Assembly (NCBI GenBank): GCA_964396025.1
Contig: CAYNBT010000002.1
Span: forward strand, 37,030-101,029
Length of the DNA stretch: 64,000 bases
Direction: 5' to 3'
Source: an uncultured Candidatus Saccharibacteria bacterium
GTDB lineage: Bacteria; Patescibacteriota; WWE3; UBA101185; UBA10185
Part shown: one piece after another, positions 8,385 to 19,058 of the stretch
Layout of the letters: each line of letters opens with the position of its first letter
Numbering within the stretch: position 1 is the first letter of the stretch
Program-made: the position numbers and the translations under genes
The notes under the pieces: generated by a model
The model's input: the letters and a program-made list of their open reading frames with translations, nothing else
Told to the model about the DNA's origin: nothing
Databases searched by the model: none

Positions 8385-10199
8385 ATGTCATTTGTGTGTG
8401 ATAAAAACAAAATTAGAAATTTTTGCATAATAGCCCATATTGATCATGGAAAATCCACTTTAGCAGACAGATTTTTGGAGCTTACCCATACTGTAGAAAA
8501 ACGTAAGTTGGTATCACAGCAGTTAGATAGTATGGAGTTGGAGAGAGAACGTGGTATCACAATAAAACTTAAGGCAGTTCGCATGGCGTATGAGCATAAT
8601 CACGAACACTATCAATTAAATCTCATTGATACTCCGGGCCATGTTGATTTTTCGTATGAGGTTTCACGTTCTTTGGCTGCCTGTGAAGGCGCAATTCTGG
8701 TGGTGGACGCTAGCCAAGGTATTGAAGCCCAGACAGTATCCAACGTGTACAAAGCAATGGAAGCCAATCTAACAATAATCCCCGTTTTGAACAAAGTGGA
8801 TCTTCCAAATGCGAATGTTGAACATGTAACAAGAGATGTGGTTAAGACATTTGGTTTTAAGGAAGAAGAAATTTTGCAAGTATCGGCCAAGACCGGACTC
8901 GGTTTGGAAGCCCTGTTCCAGGCAGTTATTGAACGTATACCTGCTCCGGATGGTATTACTGAAGCGCCCCTCAGAGCACTGATCTTTGATACATACTACG
9001 ATGATTTCTTAGGCGTTGTTGCCATGGTAAAAATTGAAGACGGAAGTATCAAGCATAAAGACGTATTAGCACGAGAAAAAATTAAATTTTTGGCCACACA
9101 AGCGATTTCGGTACCAGAGGAAATTGGCATTTTGATTCCTACTCGCTCAAAAATCCCTGAACTCAGTGCTGGTGAAGTTGGTTACATTGCTACTGGTCTC
9201 AAAGACATTCATAAAGTCAAGGTTGGGGACACAATCTCATTTGCAAAAGACTCTGTAGAAGCCCTACATGGATACAAAGAAGTAAAGCCTTTTGTGTTTG
9301 TATCCATTTATCCTATTGATACAGCAAAGTTTCCGGATTTACGCGAAGCGCTTGAAAAACTTTCTTTGTCGGATTCCTCGCTAGCTTTTGAGCCTGAAAG
9401 CAGTTCGGCTTTAGGTTTTGGCTTCAGATGTGGGTTTTTGGGATTACTTCACGCAGACATTGTTCAAGAACGTTTGGAGCGAGAGTACGACTTGGACCTG
9501 ATCTCAACTACACCTACAGTTGAATATAAAGTGTACCTAACGGATGGTTCGGTAGTTCCTATCAAGACAGCGTCTGCGCTTCCGGAAGTAACCAAAATCG
9601 ATGAAGTGCATGAACCATGGATTTTGCTTCATATTGTTACCCCTGCTACATACACCGGTGGAATCATAACTTTGTGCGAAAAAAGACGAGGCGAGCTCAA
9701 AAAGATGGAGTATCCAACCGAAGACAAAGTAATATTTTCTTACGAAATTCCTCTTTCGGAACTGATTCACAACTTTTTTGACGAATTGAAAACAATTTCT
9801 TCGGGCTTTGCAAGCCTTGATTATGAGCTTTTGGAATACAGGAAAGCAGATGTGGTTAAATTGGATATTCTTGTTCATGGGGACGTAGTAGCGCCTCTTT
9901 CTCAAATTGTTTTAAAAGCTACTGCGGCTGAAACAGGCAAGAAGGTGTTGGCAAAACTCAAAGATACTATTCCAAAACAGCAGTTCAAAGTTGCATTGCA
10001 GGCTGCAATCGGTGGCAAGATTGTGGCTAGAGAAGATATATCAAGTGTTGGGAAAAACGTGCTTGCTAAGATGTCTGGGGGCCATAGAGAACGAAAGGAT
10101 AAGTTATTGGAGAAACAACGAAAAGGCAAAGAGCGCCTTAAGCGCGTAGGTAAAATAGACATTCCCCAAGACGCTTTTAGAGAAATTCTAAAAACTTAG
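8385..10199 (+). CDS. lepA: Elongation factor 4
   Basis: IRNFCIIAHIDHGKSTLADR, LNLIDTPGHVDFSYEVSRSL, GFRCGFLGLLH, KLLEKQRKGK. Confidence 0.98.
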   Translation: MSFVCDKNKIRNFCIIAHIDHGKSTLADRFLELTHTVEKRKLVSQQLDSMELERERGITIKLKAVRMAYEHNHEHYQLNLIDTPGHVDFSYEVSRSLAACEGAILVVDASQGIEAQTVSNVYKAMEANLTIIPVLNKVDLPNANVEHVTRDVVKTFGFKEEEILQVSAKTGLGLEALFQAVIERIPAPDGITEAPLRALIFDTYYDDFLGVVAMVKIEDGSIKHKDVLAREKIKFLATQAISVPEEIGILIPTRSKIPELSAGEVGYIATGLKDIHKVKVGDTISFAKDSVEALHGYKEVKPFVFVSIYPIDTAKFPDLREALEKLSLSDSSLAFEPESSSALGFGFRCGFLGLLHADIVQERLEREYDLDLISTTPTVEYKVYLTDGSVVPIKTASALPEVTKIDEVHEPWILLHIVTPATYTGGIITLCEKRRGELKKMEYPTEDKVIFSYEIPLSELIHNFFDELKTISSGFASLDYELLEYRKADVVKLDILVHGDVVAPLSQIVLKATAAETGKKVLAKLKDTIPKQQFKVALQAAIGGKIVAREDISSVGKNVLAKMSGGHRERKDKLLEKQRKGKERLKRVGKIDIPQDAFREILKT

Positions 10200-10202
10200 A
10201 TA

Positions 10203-10238
10203 TTGACACTTCTAGCACTCTTGGTATATTAGTGATAA
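10203..10238 (+). promoter_or_regulatory. Sigma70 promoter overlapped by a CIRCE operator (HrcA site)
   Basis: TTGACA at 10203-10208 and TGnTATATT at 10222-10230. CTAGCACTC-N9-TAGTGATAA (10212-10238) matches TTAGCACTC-N9-GAGTGCTAA with 3 mismatches, directly upstream of hrcA. Confidence 0.85.
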
Positions 10239-10241
10239 CGT

Positions 10242-10964
10242 ATGCTAACCGACAGACAGATAGAGCTATTAGAAGCCATTATAAATGAATACTTAGATAC
10301 CTCGGAGCCTGTGGGTTCGAGTTCATTAGTGAAGAAATACAGGATCAAATGTTCTGCGGCCACAGTAAGGAATGAAATGGCGCGGCTATTTGATCAAGGC
10401 TTTTTGAATATGCTTCACACGTCTTCTGGTAGAGTACCTACATCCCGTGCTTACAGATTTTTTCTAGAAAAATTGGTGCACGAAGACGAAATGCCTGTTT
10501 TGCAAGAAGTAGCTATTAAACAGCGTCTTTGGAGTCATAGATATAATTTTGAGCATTTATTGCGTGAGGCTACCTTGGCCTTGGCAGATGTAACCAAGAT
10601 GTTGGTATTCGCTACGTCCGAAAATTCTTATGTTGTGCACGCTGGTGCTGTGCATGTGCTGGATTATGCCGAGTTTTGGGATATTGAAACAGCTAAGTCT
10701 GTTTTTCATCTTATGGACCGATATGAGCTTTTAGAACGCGTTTTTAATAAAATTCCCCACGGTGGGCGTGTGAAGGTTCTTATTGGAGATGAAATAGGCA
10801 ATGAGCATATGTCCAATTGCAGCGTAGCTTTTGCTGGGTATCAAGTGGGGAATAGGGTAGGTAACATAGGTATAATTGGGCCTTCTAGGATGCAGTATTC
10901 ATCTATATTACCGGCACTTAAATATACAACATCATTAGTGGAAGAACTTGGAGGCAGCTGGTAA
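10242..10964 (+). CDS. hrcA: Heat-inducible transcription repressor HrcA
   Basis: LTDRQ..LL.AII.EY, PVGS, SAATVRNEM, HTSSGRVPT, IGIIGPSRMQY. Confidence 0.96.
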   Translation: MLTDRQIELLEAIINEYLDTSEPVGSSSLVKKYRIKCSAATVRNEMARLFDQGFLNMLHTSSGRVPTSRAYRFFLEKLVHEDEMPVLQEVAIKQRLWSHRYNFEHLLREATLALADVTKMLVFATSENSYVVHAGAVHVLDYAEFWDIETAKSVFHLMDRYELLERVFNKIPHGGRVKVLIGDEIGNEHMSNCSVAFAGYQVGNRVGNIGIIGPSRMQYSSILPALKYTTSLVEELGGSW

Positions 10965-11413
10965 TGGATACGCAGGATATGGAGGTTTTGCAACAGCAGG
11001 TTGCCGATCTAGAAAATAATTGGAAGCGTGCCCTCGCAGACTATGCAAATCTTCAAAAAAGGATGTATGAGGAACGCAGTGATTTAGTGAAGTTTGCTAA
11101 TTCAAGTTTAATTGCCAAGATTCTCCCTGTTTTAGACAATCTGGAGCTTGTGCAAAAACATAGCAAAGATTTAGGGTTAGATATGATCATCAAAGATCTT
11201 AGGCAAACCTTACTAGAAGAAGGCGTAGAAGAAATTTTGGTTGAGGGAAAGGATTTTGATTCGTTTCTTATGGATGCAATAGATTCAGTAGAGGGCCCAA
11301 AAGACAAGATCATGGAAGTAGTTCAAAAAGGATATTTATTAAAAGGTAAAGTTTTAAGACCGGCTCGCGTAAAAGTTGGTCGAGGGGAAGAAACCCTCAA
11401 GGAGGAAAATTAA
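10964..11413 (+). CDS. grpE: Nucleotide exchange factor GrpE
   Basis: [38 protein letters not shown]. Confidence 0.96.
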   Translation: MDTQDMEVLQQQVADLENNWKRALADYANLQKRMYEERSDLVKFANSSLIAKILPVLDNLELVQKHSKDLGLDMIIKDLRQTLLEEGVEEILVEGKDFDSFLMDAIDSVEGPKDKIMEVVQKGYLLKGKVLRPARVKVGRGEETLKEEN

Positions 11414-11414
11414 T

Positions 11415-13307
11415 ATGGCAAAAATTATAGGAATAGATTTAGGTACAACAAATAGTGCAATGTCAGTAATGGAGGGGGGTCAGGTTAAGGTAATACCAAA
11501 CCACGAAGGTGCAAACACCACACCGTCTATTGTGACCATTGGAACAAATGAATTGGTTGGAGTGACTGCAAAAAGACAGCAAGTTGTAAATCCAAAAAAC
11601 ACAATCTTTAGCGTAAAGCGCTTAATGGGAAGGAGATATTCCGATCCAGAGGTACAGAAGGTGAAGAAAGATGTTCCCTACGCAGTTGTGGAAGGTCCCA
11701 ACGGTGTTGCATGCGTAGAGATAGATGGACGTGCTTACACCCCACAAGAAATCTCAGCAAAAATTCTAATAAAACTAAAACAAGACGCAGAAAAATATCT
11801 AGGCCAACCCGTTACCGAAGCCGTGATTACCGTTCCTGCGTACTTTGACGACTCTCAAAGAACGGCCACAAAAGAAGCTGGTAAAATTGCCGGCTTAGAG
11901 GTTAAGAGAATCATCAACGAACCTACTGCCGCAGCATTGGCTTATGGTTTAGACAAAAAACACAATCAAAAAATTGCAGTGTACGATTTGGGTGGTGGTA
12001 CCTTTGACGTTTCTATTTTGGAGATTGGCGAAGGCGTTTTTGAAGTAAAAGCAACTAATGGTGATACTCACCTTGGAGGTGATGATTTTGATCAAAAAAT
12101 TATAAATTGGATGATTGAGGAATTTAAGAAAGATCAAGGTGTTGATCTTTCTGCAGACAAGCAAGCATTGCAACGTCTTAAAGACGCTGGTGAGCGCGCT
12201 AAGATCGAACTTTCATCTGCAATGGAAACCGAAATAAGCATCCCTTTTATAACAGCTGATGCAACCGGCCCAAAGCATCTTAGCTACAAACTTACCAGAG
12301 CAAAACTAGAACAATTGGTGGAAGATTTGGTAAGACGCACTATTATTCCAATGGAAAATGCTCTTAAGGATGCAGGAATCTCCAAGTCTGATATTGCAGA
12401 AGTAATCATGGTTGGCGGAATGACTAGAATGCCTAAAGTGACCGAGGTTGTAAAAGACTTTTTTGGCAAGGAACCTCATAAAGGTGTTAACCCTGACGAA
12501 GTTGTGGCCATTGGAGCTGCTATTCAAGGTGGGGTTTTGGGTGGCGACGTAAAAGACGTTTTGCTTTTGGATGTTACTCCGCTAACTTTAGGACTTGAAA
12601 CACTTGGTGGTGTAAGCACGCCATTGATTAAACGAAATACTACAATACCTACCTCGGCATCTCAGGTGTTTAGTACAGCCGCAGATAACCAGACGAGTGT
12701 TGAGATTAATGTGTTGCAAGGAGAGCGCGAAATGGCTGGCGATAACAAATCACTTGGTAGATTTATATTGGACGGAATTCCTCCATCTCCTAGAGGCGTA
12801 CCTCAGGTTGAAGTTAAGTTTGATATTGATGCTAACGGGATCTTACATGTTTCTGCAAAAGATAAGGCTTCGGGTAAAGAACAAAAGATTACTATTCAGG
12901 GCGGTACAGGGCTAGACAAAGATCAAGTCGAAAAAATGGTCCGTGAAGCAGAATCTCACGCTGATGCTGACAAAAAGAAAAAGGCTGAAGTTGAAGCAAG
13001 AAACCTAGCAGACAATCTTTGCTATACGGGTGAAAAAGCTCTTAAGGAGGCGGGGGACAAGGTTCCTGCAGATCTTAAGGCCGATATTGAATCCAAAATC
13101 AAAGATGTTCGTGACAACCTACATACTGCATCTGTGGATGAATTAAAAACCAAGACACAGGTATTATCTGATGCGTTGCAAAAGATCGGCCAGTTAATGT
13201 ACGAACAGCCTCAAGCAGGACAAGCGGGTGGAACTGATTCCAGTAAGACTTCAGACGATAAAAAAGAAAATCCTAGTGAACCCGTTGAAGGTGAAGTTGT
13301 AGAATAG
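11415..13307 (+). CDS. dnaK: Chaperone DnaK
   Basis: [33 protein letters not shown] at 11415 after SD aaggagg. Confidence 0.99.
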   Translation: MAKIIGIDLGTTNSAMSVMEGGQVKVIPNHEGANTTPSIVTIGTNELVGVTAKRQQVVNPKNTIFSVKRLMGRRYSDPEVQKVKKDVPYAVVEGPNGVACVEIDGRAYTPQEISAKILIKLKQDAEKYLGQPVTEAVITVPAYFDDSQRTATKEAGKIAGLEVKRIINEPTAAALAYGLDKKHNQKIAVYDLGGGTFDVSILEIGEGVFEVKATNGDTHLGGDDFDQKIINWMIEEFKKDQGVDLSADKQALQRLKDAGERAKIELSSAMETEISIPFITADATGPKHLSYKLTRAKLEQLVEDLVRRTIIPMENALKDAGISKSDIAEVIMVGGMTRMPKVTEVVKDFFGKEPHKGVNPDEVVAIGAAIQGGVLGGDVKDVLLLDVTPLTLGLETLGGVSTPLIKRNTTIPTSASQVFSTAADNQTSVEINVLQGEREMAGDNKSLGRFILDGIPPSPRGVPQVEVKFDIDANGILHVSAKDKASGKEQKITIQGGTGLDKDQVEKMVREAESHADADKKKKAEVEARNLADNLCYTGEKALKEAGDKVPADLKADIESKIKDVRDNLHTASVDELKTKTQVLSDALQKIGQLMYEQPQAGQAGGTDSSKTSDDKKENPSEPVEGEVVE

Positions 13308-13316
13308 GAGCTTTTT

Positions 13317-14240
13317 ATGGCCTCCGAAAAAAACTACTACGATATCTTGGGAGTTTCTAAAACCGCCACACCTGACGAAATAAAAAAAGCCTATCGAAAT
13401 ATGGCTCGCGAACACCATCCTGACATGGTCAAGGATGGTGCAAAGCATACCGCCGAGCAGCGCTTTAAAGAGATAAATGAAGCCTACCAAGTTTTGAGTG
13501 ATCCAGAAAAGAAGCGTATGTACGATCAGTTTGGCAGCGCAGGACCTAATGCTGGCCCATCCGGATTTGGTGGTGGCGCAGGTGGTCAGTGGGGACCTTT
13601 TAGCTATTCATATACAACCCAAGGCAACAACGGCTTTGGTGATTTTGATCCATTTGATGTATTTGCTGAGGTTTTTGGGTCTCGTGGCTTTGGTGGAAGA
13701 GGCCGAGCTCCTCAAAAAGGAAAAAATCTTTACTACGAAATGCATTTGGAGTTTGTTGATGCGCTAAGAGGGTTTGAACGCGAGGTTCAAACCGAAAGCG
13801 GTAGGGTTAAAGTGAAGGTTCCCGCGGGAGTCAGAGATGGCACCGAAATGCGTTTTCCCGGAAAAGGTATGCCTGGACCAAACAATTTACCGGCAGGTGA
13901 TTTGTTTCTTACCTTTAGAGTTAGAATTCCAAGAGAGTTTCAGGTTTTGGGGAACAGCTTGGGTGTAGCTTTGGAGTTGCCATACGTTCAAGCCGTACTT
14001 GGGGATACTGTTGAAGTGCCCGTGGTGGATACTAGTTCTAAAAACGGCGTAGGTACAGCAAAGCTAAAGATTCCTGCTGGGACTCAGCATGGGGCCCAAT
14101 TTAGATTAAGAGGAAAAGGTTTGCCGATTGTAAATTCCTCGAGTACAGGTGATGTGATAGTTCAAGTTTTTATCACGATTCCAACTAAATTGTCTAGGGA
14201 ACAAAAAAAGCTTTTGGAAGAACTAAAAAAGCTGGATTAG
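13317..14240 (+). CDS. dnaJ: DnaJ family chaperone lacking the zinc-finger domain
   Basis: J domain with HPD, G/F-rich region and C-terminal domains; no CxxCxGxG repeats. Confidence 0.9.
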   Translation: MASEKNYYDILGVSKTATPDEIKKAYRNMAREHHPDMVKDGAKHTAEQRFKEINEAYQVLSDPEKKRMYDQFGSAGPNAGPSGFGGGAGGQWGPFSYSYTTQGNNGFGDFDPFDVFAEVFGSRGFGGRGRAPQKGKNLYYEMHLEFVDALRGFEREVQTESGRVKVKVPAGVRDGTEMRFPGKGMPGPNNLPAGDLFLTFRVRIPREFQVLGNSLGVALELPYVQAVLGDTVEVPVVDTSSKNGVGTAKLKIPAGTQHGAQFRLRGKGLPIVNSSSTGDVIVQVFITIPTKLSREQKKLLEELKKLD

Positions 14241-14269
14241 CATGTTCCCATACACCTCCAGCTTTCTAC

Positions 14270-14854
14270 TTATTTGTTCATATATTGATTTATCAATTCT
14301 ATTGTAACAATGTCCCCGGCTTTGGCAGGTACCCTAAACAAAGTGTTTTCAACCGTACCCATAATAAAACCTTCAATGATAAGTGTTCTGTAATCATAAG
14401 ATTCTGTGTCCGTACTGTAGGCTACACCAAAATCCTGCGTTCCCCAGAGAACCAACTTTCCTGTAGTTAGTGGTTTTAATAAACGCACAATTGCATAACT
14501 AGGGGAAGTTGGTGCGCTAAGAAGAGCTGCCTCACCGTCCAACAACACAGTTCCTGCGGCGCTGATAGTCATAAGATAAGTATGTTCCGGCTTTAGCTTG
14601 GGGAAACTAAAACCTCTGAGTTGATAGTACCCAAGAACACTCTTGTCCTTTGCTAGCGGTATAGTATAAATCATTCCCTGGGTTGTGTAGTCAACGGATT
14701 GGCCAACGAATGCAGGGGCGATTTCACCCGGTGTTGGAACATAGTTGATTGTGACTATTAGATCCTTCTTTGTGAGTTGCCATGTTACAACGCTGATTGT
14801 TAAGAGAATTGCCAGTATAAGACCTACCAAGATAACGTAACTAGTGTATTTCAC
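14270..14854 (-). CDS. Hypothetical membrane-anchored or exported protein
   Basis: GTG start with SD aagaggtg; own TTGACA-17-TAATAT promoter; N-terminal TM. Confidence 0.7.
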   Translation of the reverse strand: MKYTSYVILVGLILAILLTISVVTWQLTKKDLIVTINYVPTPGEIAPAFVGQSVDYTTQGMIYTIPLAKDKSVLGYYQLRGFSFPKLKPEHTYLMTISAAGTVLLDGEAALLSAPTSPSYAIVRLLKPLTTGKLVLWGTQDFGVAYSTDTESYDYRTLIIEGFIMGTVENTLFRVPAKAGDIVTIELINQYMNK

Positions 14855-14925
14855 ATTTCACCTCTTCGTATAGATGTTTTGTGTGATATTAGGGGGTTAT
14901 ATAACGATTGTCAAATGCTATGAGT

Positions 14926-16176
14926 TTAACTAGCCGGTGTGTATATTGTTTGCAGTGCCTTGGCTGCTTTTCTGCGGATTTCTATTTCTTTTCTGTACTG
15001 TATGACTTCGTCACTTTTAATGTTTCCCTGAGAAATTTCATTTAGAGCTTCTTGAGTATATTCGTTAACGGTTAGTGGATTTCTCATTTGAAGCCCCTTG
15101 GGTGATGTTTCATAAACATTACCTCGGTCAAAATACAAGTCGTATGCGGCTTCCAACAGCAATCCTCTGTGGGCCTCCTGTCTTTGTGCCTCTATCTCAT
15201 CTTTGTTGGGCCAACGAAGTCTTTTGTCGTCTTTGGTTCTTATCATCAATGCTTCCGCTTCAGGACTATCTTCTTTAAAGAATTGAGGACCGTGCGATTC
15301 TAGCCTATCAAGTGCTGCAAGAACCTGTTCCTCTGTAGAGGGAATCATTCTCTTTGATCCTGCCACTTGTACCCATTCTTGTCGCGCTTCCCTATACTTC
15401 ATCATTGCTTCTTCTTGCTCTGGGCTTCTGGGCGCAGCCTTTTCCCCAGTAAGGTTCTGCATATGTAGTACTGCTCTTTCGTAAACATTGGGTAATTCTC
15501 GTTCCTTTTCTACTATTCTTGCTGCAAGTTTTCTTCCACGTTCCATGAGTTCGGGTAGTTCCGCCTTGCGTTCGTGCCATATTTGAAGTTGCTTTTCGTC
15601 TATTCCACGTTCCTGCAATCTTTTCAAGAGTGCAAGGTTCACAGCCGGTTGCAACTTTGCATGATGTTGCGTTGGGCCGCATAGCATTTCCCAGCCAGCG
15701 TCTAGATCCGCAAGTCTTAGTTCTCTTCCACTGAGGTCATCAACGAGCTCAGTGATATATCTGTTATCTCTCATACTGCGTAAATTATTTAGCTCAGGGC
15801 CAATTGTGAGTTCTTTTAGCGAATCTGTAGAAAGGGCAAAATACACATTGTCAGGCATATTTGCTCTTGTTTCTATTTGTGGTTGTCCTAGAAAAGCCCC
15901 GGCGTAAGCAATAATTTCTGGGGTGTTAGCAGGTACAAAAACGTTTTCGTGTGTAATTTCTTTCCAGTTTTTAACTACGTCCGCATATCCTTCTTTAAGG
16001 CTGTTTAACTCTTCTGCCTTTTCCTTATTATTCTTGGGCCTGTTTGTCTCGTTTGTCGATTCTTCGTAACTGTCCGTTTTCTTGCCTTCTGCCCACTCTT
16101 TGGCATTACTCACACTACCTATCTTATATCCTTCAGTATGAATATCTACATGCCCAGCTTCTGCAAATGGTGCCAT
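14926..16176 (-). CDS. Hypothetical Glu/Arg-rich helical protein
   Basis: 416-aa ORF; TATAAT 6 nt upstream of the ATG; no motif recognised. Confidence 0.75.
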   Translation of the reverse strand: MAPFAEAGHVDIHTEGYKIGSVSNAKEWAEGKKTDSYEESTNETNRPKNNKEKAEELNSLKEGYADVVKNWKEITHENVFVPANTPEIIAYAGAFLGQPQIETRANMPDNVYFALSTDSLKELTIGPELNNLRSMRDNRYITELVDDLSGRELRLADLDAGWEMLCGPTQHHAKLQPAVNLALLKRLQERGIDEKQLQIWHERKAELPELMERGRKLAARIVEKERELPNVYERAVLHMQNLTGEKAAPRSPEQEEAMMKYREARQEWVQVAGSKRMIPSTEEQVLAALDRLESHGPQFFKEDSPEAEALMIRTKDDKRLRWPNKDEIEAQRQEAHRGLLLEAAYDLYFDRGNVYETSPKGLQMRNPLTVNEYTQEALNEISQGNIKSDEVIQYRKEIEIRRKAAKALQTIYTPAS

Positions 16177-16261
16177 ACAGAAATTATAATCATTTGAAAT
16201 ATAAGTGTATATATGGTATTTTACATGTTGTTATACAGGTAGTATTATAAGTTTAGTATTT

Positions 16262-16283
16262 AGGTGGGGTTCCCCACCTTTTT
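16262..16283 (+). terminator. nusA leader attenuator (rimP-leader-like hairpin)
   Basis: AGGTGGG-GTTC-CCCACCT followed by a T run, about 25 nt upstream of the nusA start. Confidence 0.75.
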
Positions 16284-16306
16284 ATTTGAAAGGACATAGT
16301 TTTAAA

Positions 16307-17452
16307 ATGGCGTTAACAGAATTCAATTCTGCAATAAATCAGGTAGCAACCGAGCGGGGTATACCCGTAGAAAGTGTAATGGAAAGCATTAGGGTTGCTC
16401 TAGCTACAGCCTACAAAAGAGACTACGGTGGCGATATAAAGGATGTTGTTGTAGATCTTAATGAGGATACAGGTGAAGCTAGAATTTTAAAAGACGGTGA
16501 AGATGTTACCCCAGCAGGTTTTGGTAGAATCGCTGCCCAAACCGCTAAGCAGGTAATTTTGCAAAAAATAAGAGAGACAGAAAAAGATATAGTTACCAAC
16601 GAATACAAGTCTAAAATAGGCACAATCGTTACAGGGCATATCTTTAGGTCAGACAGCGGTGTTGTAGTTTTAGACTTAGGTAAGGCGCAAGGTGTGCTGC
16701 CTCAATCCGAGCAGGTTCAATCCGAACAATACAGAATAAACCAGAGACTTAAAGTTTTGGTAAAGGATGTAAGACAAACCACACGAGGTACAGAAATAAT
16801 AGTTTCTAGAGCTGATTCTGATTTTGTAAGAAGGTTGTTTGAGCAAGAAGTCCCAGAGATTGCTTCCGGTGTAGTTAGAATAGAAGCAATTGCCCGAGAA
16901 GCTGGTTCAAGAACTAAGATGTCGGTTTCTTCAAGTGACGAGAAGGTTGATCCGGTTGGAAGCTGTGTTGGACAAAAGGGTGTGAGAGTTCAATCCATCA
17001 TCTCCGAACTCTTTGGTGAGAAAATAGACATTGTTCCTTACTCATTTGTGGTAGATAAATTTATTGCCGCTAGCCTTTCTCCAGCCAAAGTTATTGATGT
17101 TGAACTTTTTCACGACGAAAAAAGAGCTCTTGTTACGGTTCCTGAGGATCAACAAAGCTTGGCAATTGGTAAAGAAGGTCAAAACGCCCGACTTGCTAAT
17201 AAGTTAACCAAGTGGAAAATAGATATTAAAGGTGCTCAAGGGTTTTTTGGTGAAACCACTACAACGTCTAAGAGCAGTGCCAAAGAAGCAGCAAGCGCTG
17301 TTGTTGGTATCTGGGATCAAGATATTAAAGATAAAGATATTAGGGATAATGATGCCAAACTAGCAAAACAAGCAGCAAAAGATGCTGCTAAGGAAGCTAT
17401 GCAGCAAGATCCAGTGGATTCTACATCAGATTCAGTCGACGAAAATGCCTAA
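16307..17452 (+). CDS. nusA: Transcription factor NusA
   Basis: FGRIAAQTAKQVILQK, IAREAGSRTK, DPVGSCVG, LAIGKEGQNARLA. Confidence 0.98.
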   Translation: MALTEFNSAINQVATERGIPVESVMESIRVALATAYKRDYGGDIKDVVVDLNEDTGEARILKDGEDVTPAGFGRIAAQTAKQVILQKIRETEKDIVTNEYKSKIGTIVTGHIFRSDSGVVVLDLGKAQGVLPQSEQVQSEQYRINQRLKVLVKDVRQTTRGTEIIVSRADSDFVRRLFEQEVPEIASGVVRIEAIAREAGSRTKMSVSSSDEKVDPVGSCVGQKGVRVQSIISELFGEKIDIVPYSFVVDKFIAASLSPAKVIDVELFHDEKRALVTVPEDQQSLAIGKEGQNARLANKLTKWKIDIKGAQGFFGETTTTSKSSAKEAASAVVGIWDQDIKDKDIRDNDAKLAKQAAKDAAKEAMQQDPVDSTSDSVDENA

Positions 17453-17476
17453 ACCGAGACTGCAAATTATTGGAAT

Positions 17477-18970
17477 ATGTCTAAACATGATGATAAGAAG
17501 AAATCAGAATATTCTTTCCGCGCTCCAATTGTTACAGTCATGGGGCACGTTGATCATGGCAAAACGAGCATTTTAGACGCAATAAGAAAAACTAATATTC
17601 ATGAGAAAGAGTTTGGCGGGATTACGCAACATATTGGTGCTTATCAGATAATTTACAAAGATAATCCAATTACTTTTATAGATACACCGGGTCATGCAGC
17701 CTTTAGTCAGATGCGTTCCCGTGGCGGGAAAGCTGCTGACATTGTAGTATTGGTGGTAGCTGCTGATGATGGTGTTATGCCCCAGACTAAAGAGGCTATT
17801 GCGCATGCACATTCAGCAAATGTTCCCATTATTGTTGCTATAAATAAAACTGATCTTCCTGGTGCAGATCTTCAAAAAATCAAGCAGATGCTTTCACAAG
17901 AAAATGTTTTGGTTGAAGATTGGGGCGGCAAAATTGTTAGCGTAGAGGTTTCTGCCAAAACAGGAAAGAACATAAGCTTGCTTTTGGATTCTATTTTAGC
18001 GTTGGCAGAACAACTGGAGTTGAAATCACAGCCTAATGCAGACCTCGAGGCTCTAATAATTGAATCAAAACTGGATAAGAAGAAGGGTATTGTAGCCACG
18101 GCAATTGTAAAAACAGGCACTTTAAAAGTAGGCATGAGTGTTTACTCAGGTAACAGCAATGCTAAAGTTAGATCTTTGTTGAATGATCGTGGCGAATCCG
18201 TAAAGGAAGCTTTACCCTCAACCCCCGTGGAAGTAACCGGCTTTAAAGTTGTACCAAACGTAGGAGACCTTATTGTTGAAAAAGGTAGCGGTCTGGAAGA
18301 ACTTTCTACTTCAACCGATCGTATGGAGATTGTTGGCAAAGATACAAAAAAAGTTGTGGGAATTATCATTAAGGCCGATACCCAAGGGACCTTGGAAGCC
18401 ATAAAGGCAAGTTTAGCCCAAATTGTTACAACTTCTGCTGCAGCTACATTTTCACTTAAGTTCGTGTTATGCGCTACAGGGGATGTTTCTGATTCAGATG
18501 TATTGCTGGCTTCTACCACAGGAAGTGTGATTGTAGGATTCAATGTTGGGTCAGGGCCCTCCGTGAAAGACTTGGCTGAAATCAAGCATGTACCGTATAG
18601 AACGTACAAAACAATCTATGAACTTGTAGATGAGGTTTCCGATATGCTTGAGGGTGCAGCCTTTAATGAAGAATCTAAAGTTAAAGGTCGTGCAAGAGTT
18701 CTAAAAACATTCAAGCTACCTTCCGGTGATATTGTAATAGGCTGCTTGGTTATTGCAGGAGCCCTTAAGGTAGATAAGCGAGTTTCGATTTATGCAAAAG
18801 ATCCTGCAGATCTAACCCCGCACGATGTTCCTTTGTATACAGGTACTATAAAAACGCTAAAGATAAAGAAAGACGACGTTAATGTAGTAGGTAAAGACAA
18901 TGAGTGTGGTGTTTTCCTTAAGCCACAGTTTGAAGCAGCTGTTGAAGGTAACTTTTTAGAAATATTGTAA
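17477..18970 (+). CDS. infB: Translation initiation factor IF-2 (short form)
   Basis: [31 protein letters not shown]; N-terminal domains absent. Confidence 0.97.
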   Translation: MSKHDDKKKSEYSFRAPIVTVMGHVDHGKTSILDAIRKTNIHEKEFGGITQHIGAYQIIYKDNPITFIDTPGHAAFSQMRSRGGKAADIVVLVVAADDGVMPQTKEAIAHAHSANVPIIVAINKTDLPGADLQKIKQMLSQENVLVEDWGGKIVSVEVSAKTGKNISLLLDSILALAEQLELKSQPNADLEALIIESKLDKKKGIVATAIVKTGTLKVGMSVYSGNSNAKVRSLLNDRGESVKEALPSTPVEVTGFKVVPNVGDLIVEKGSGLEELSTSTDRMEIVGKDTKKVVGIIIKADTQGTLEAIKASLAQIVTTSAAATFSLKFVLCATGDVSDSDVLLASTTGSVIVGFNVGSGPSVKDLAEIKHVPYRTYKTIYELVDEVSDMLEGAAFNEESKVKGRARVLKTFKLPSGDIVIGCLVIAGALKVDKRVSIYAKDPADLTPHDVPLYTGTIKTLKIKKDDVNVVGKDNECGVFLKPQFEAAVEGNFLEIL

Positions 18971-19058
18971 GTATCGCGTAGTTTGACCCCATAGCACTAT
19001 CATGCTATAGTGCCCTGTTCCAAGAGCTTAGCTCTTTGGACAATCTTGCCCAAAAAAT

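Noticed and set aside
18991-19016. Second CIRCE-like inverted repeat (ATAGCACTA-N8-TAGTGCCCT)
   Set aside because: The spacer is 8 rather than 9 nt, there are several mismatches, and the downstream gene is not a chaperone. It may be another operator but is unsupported.
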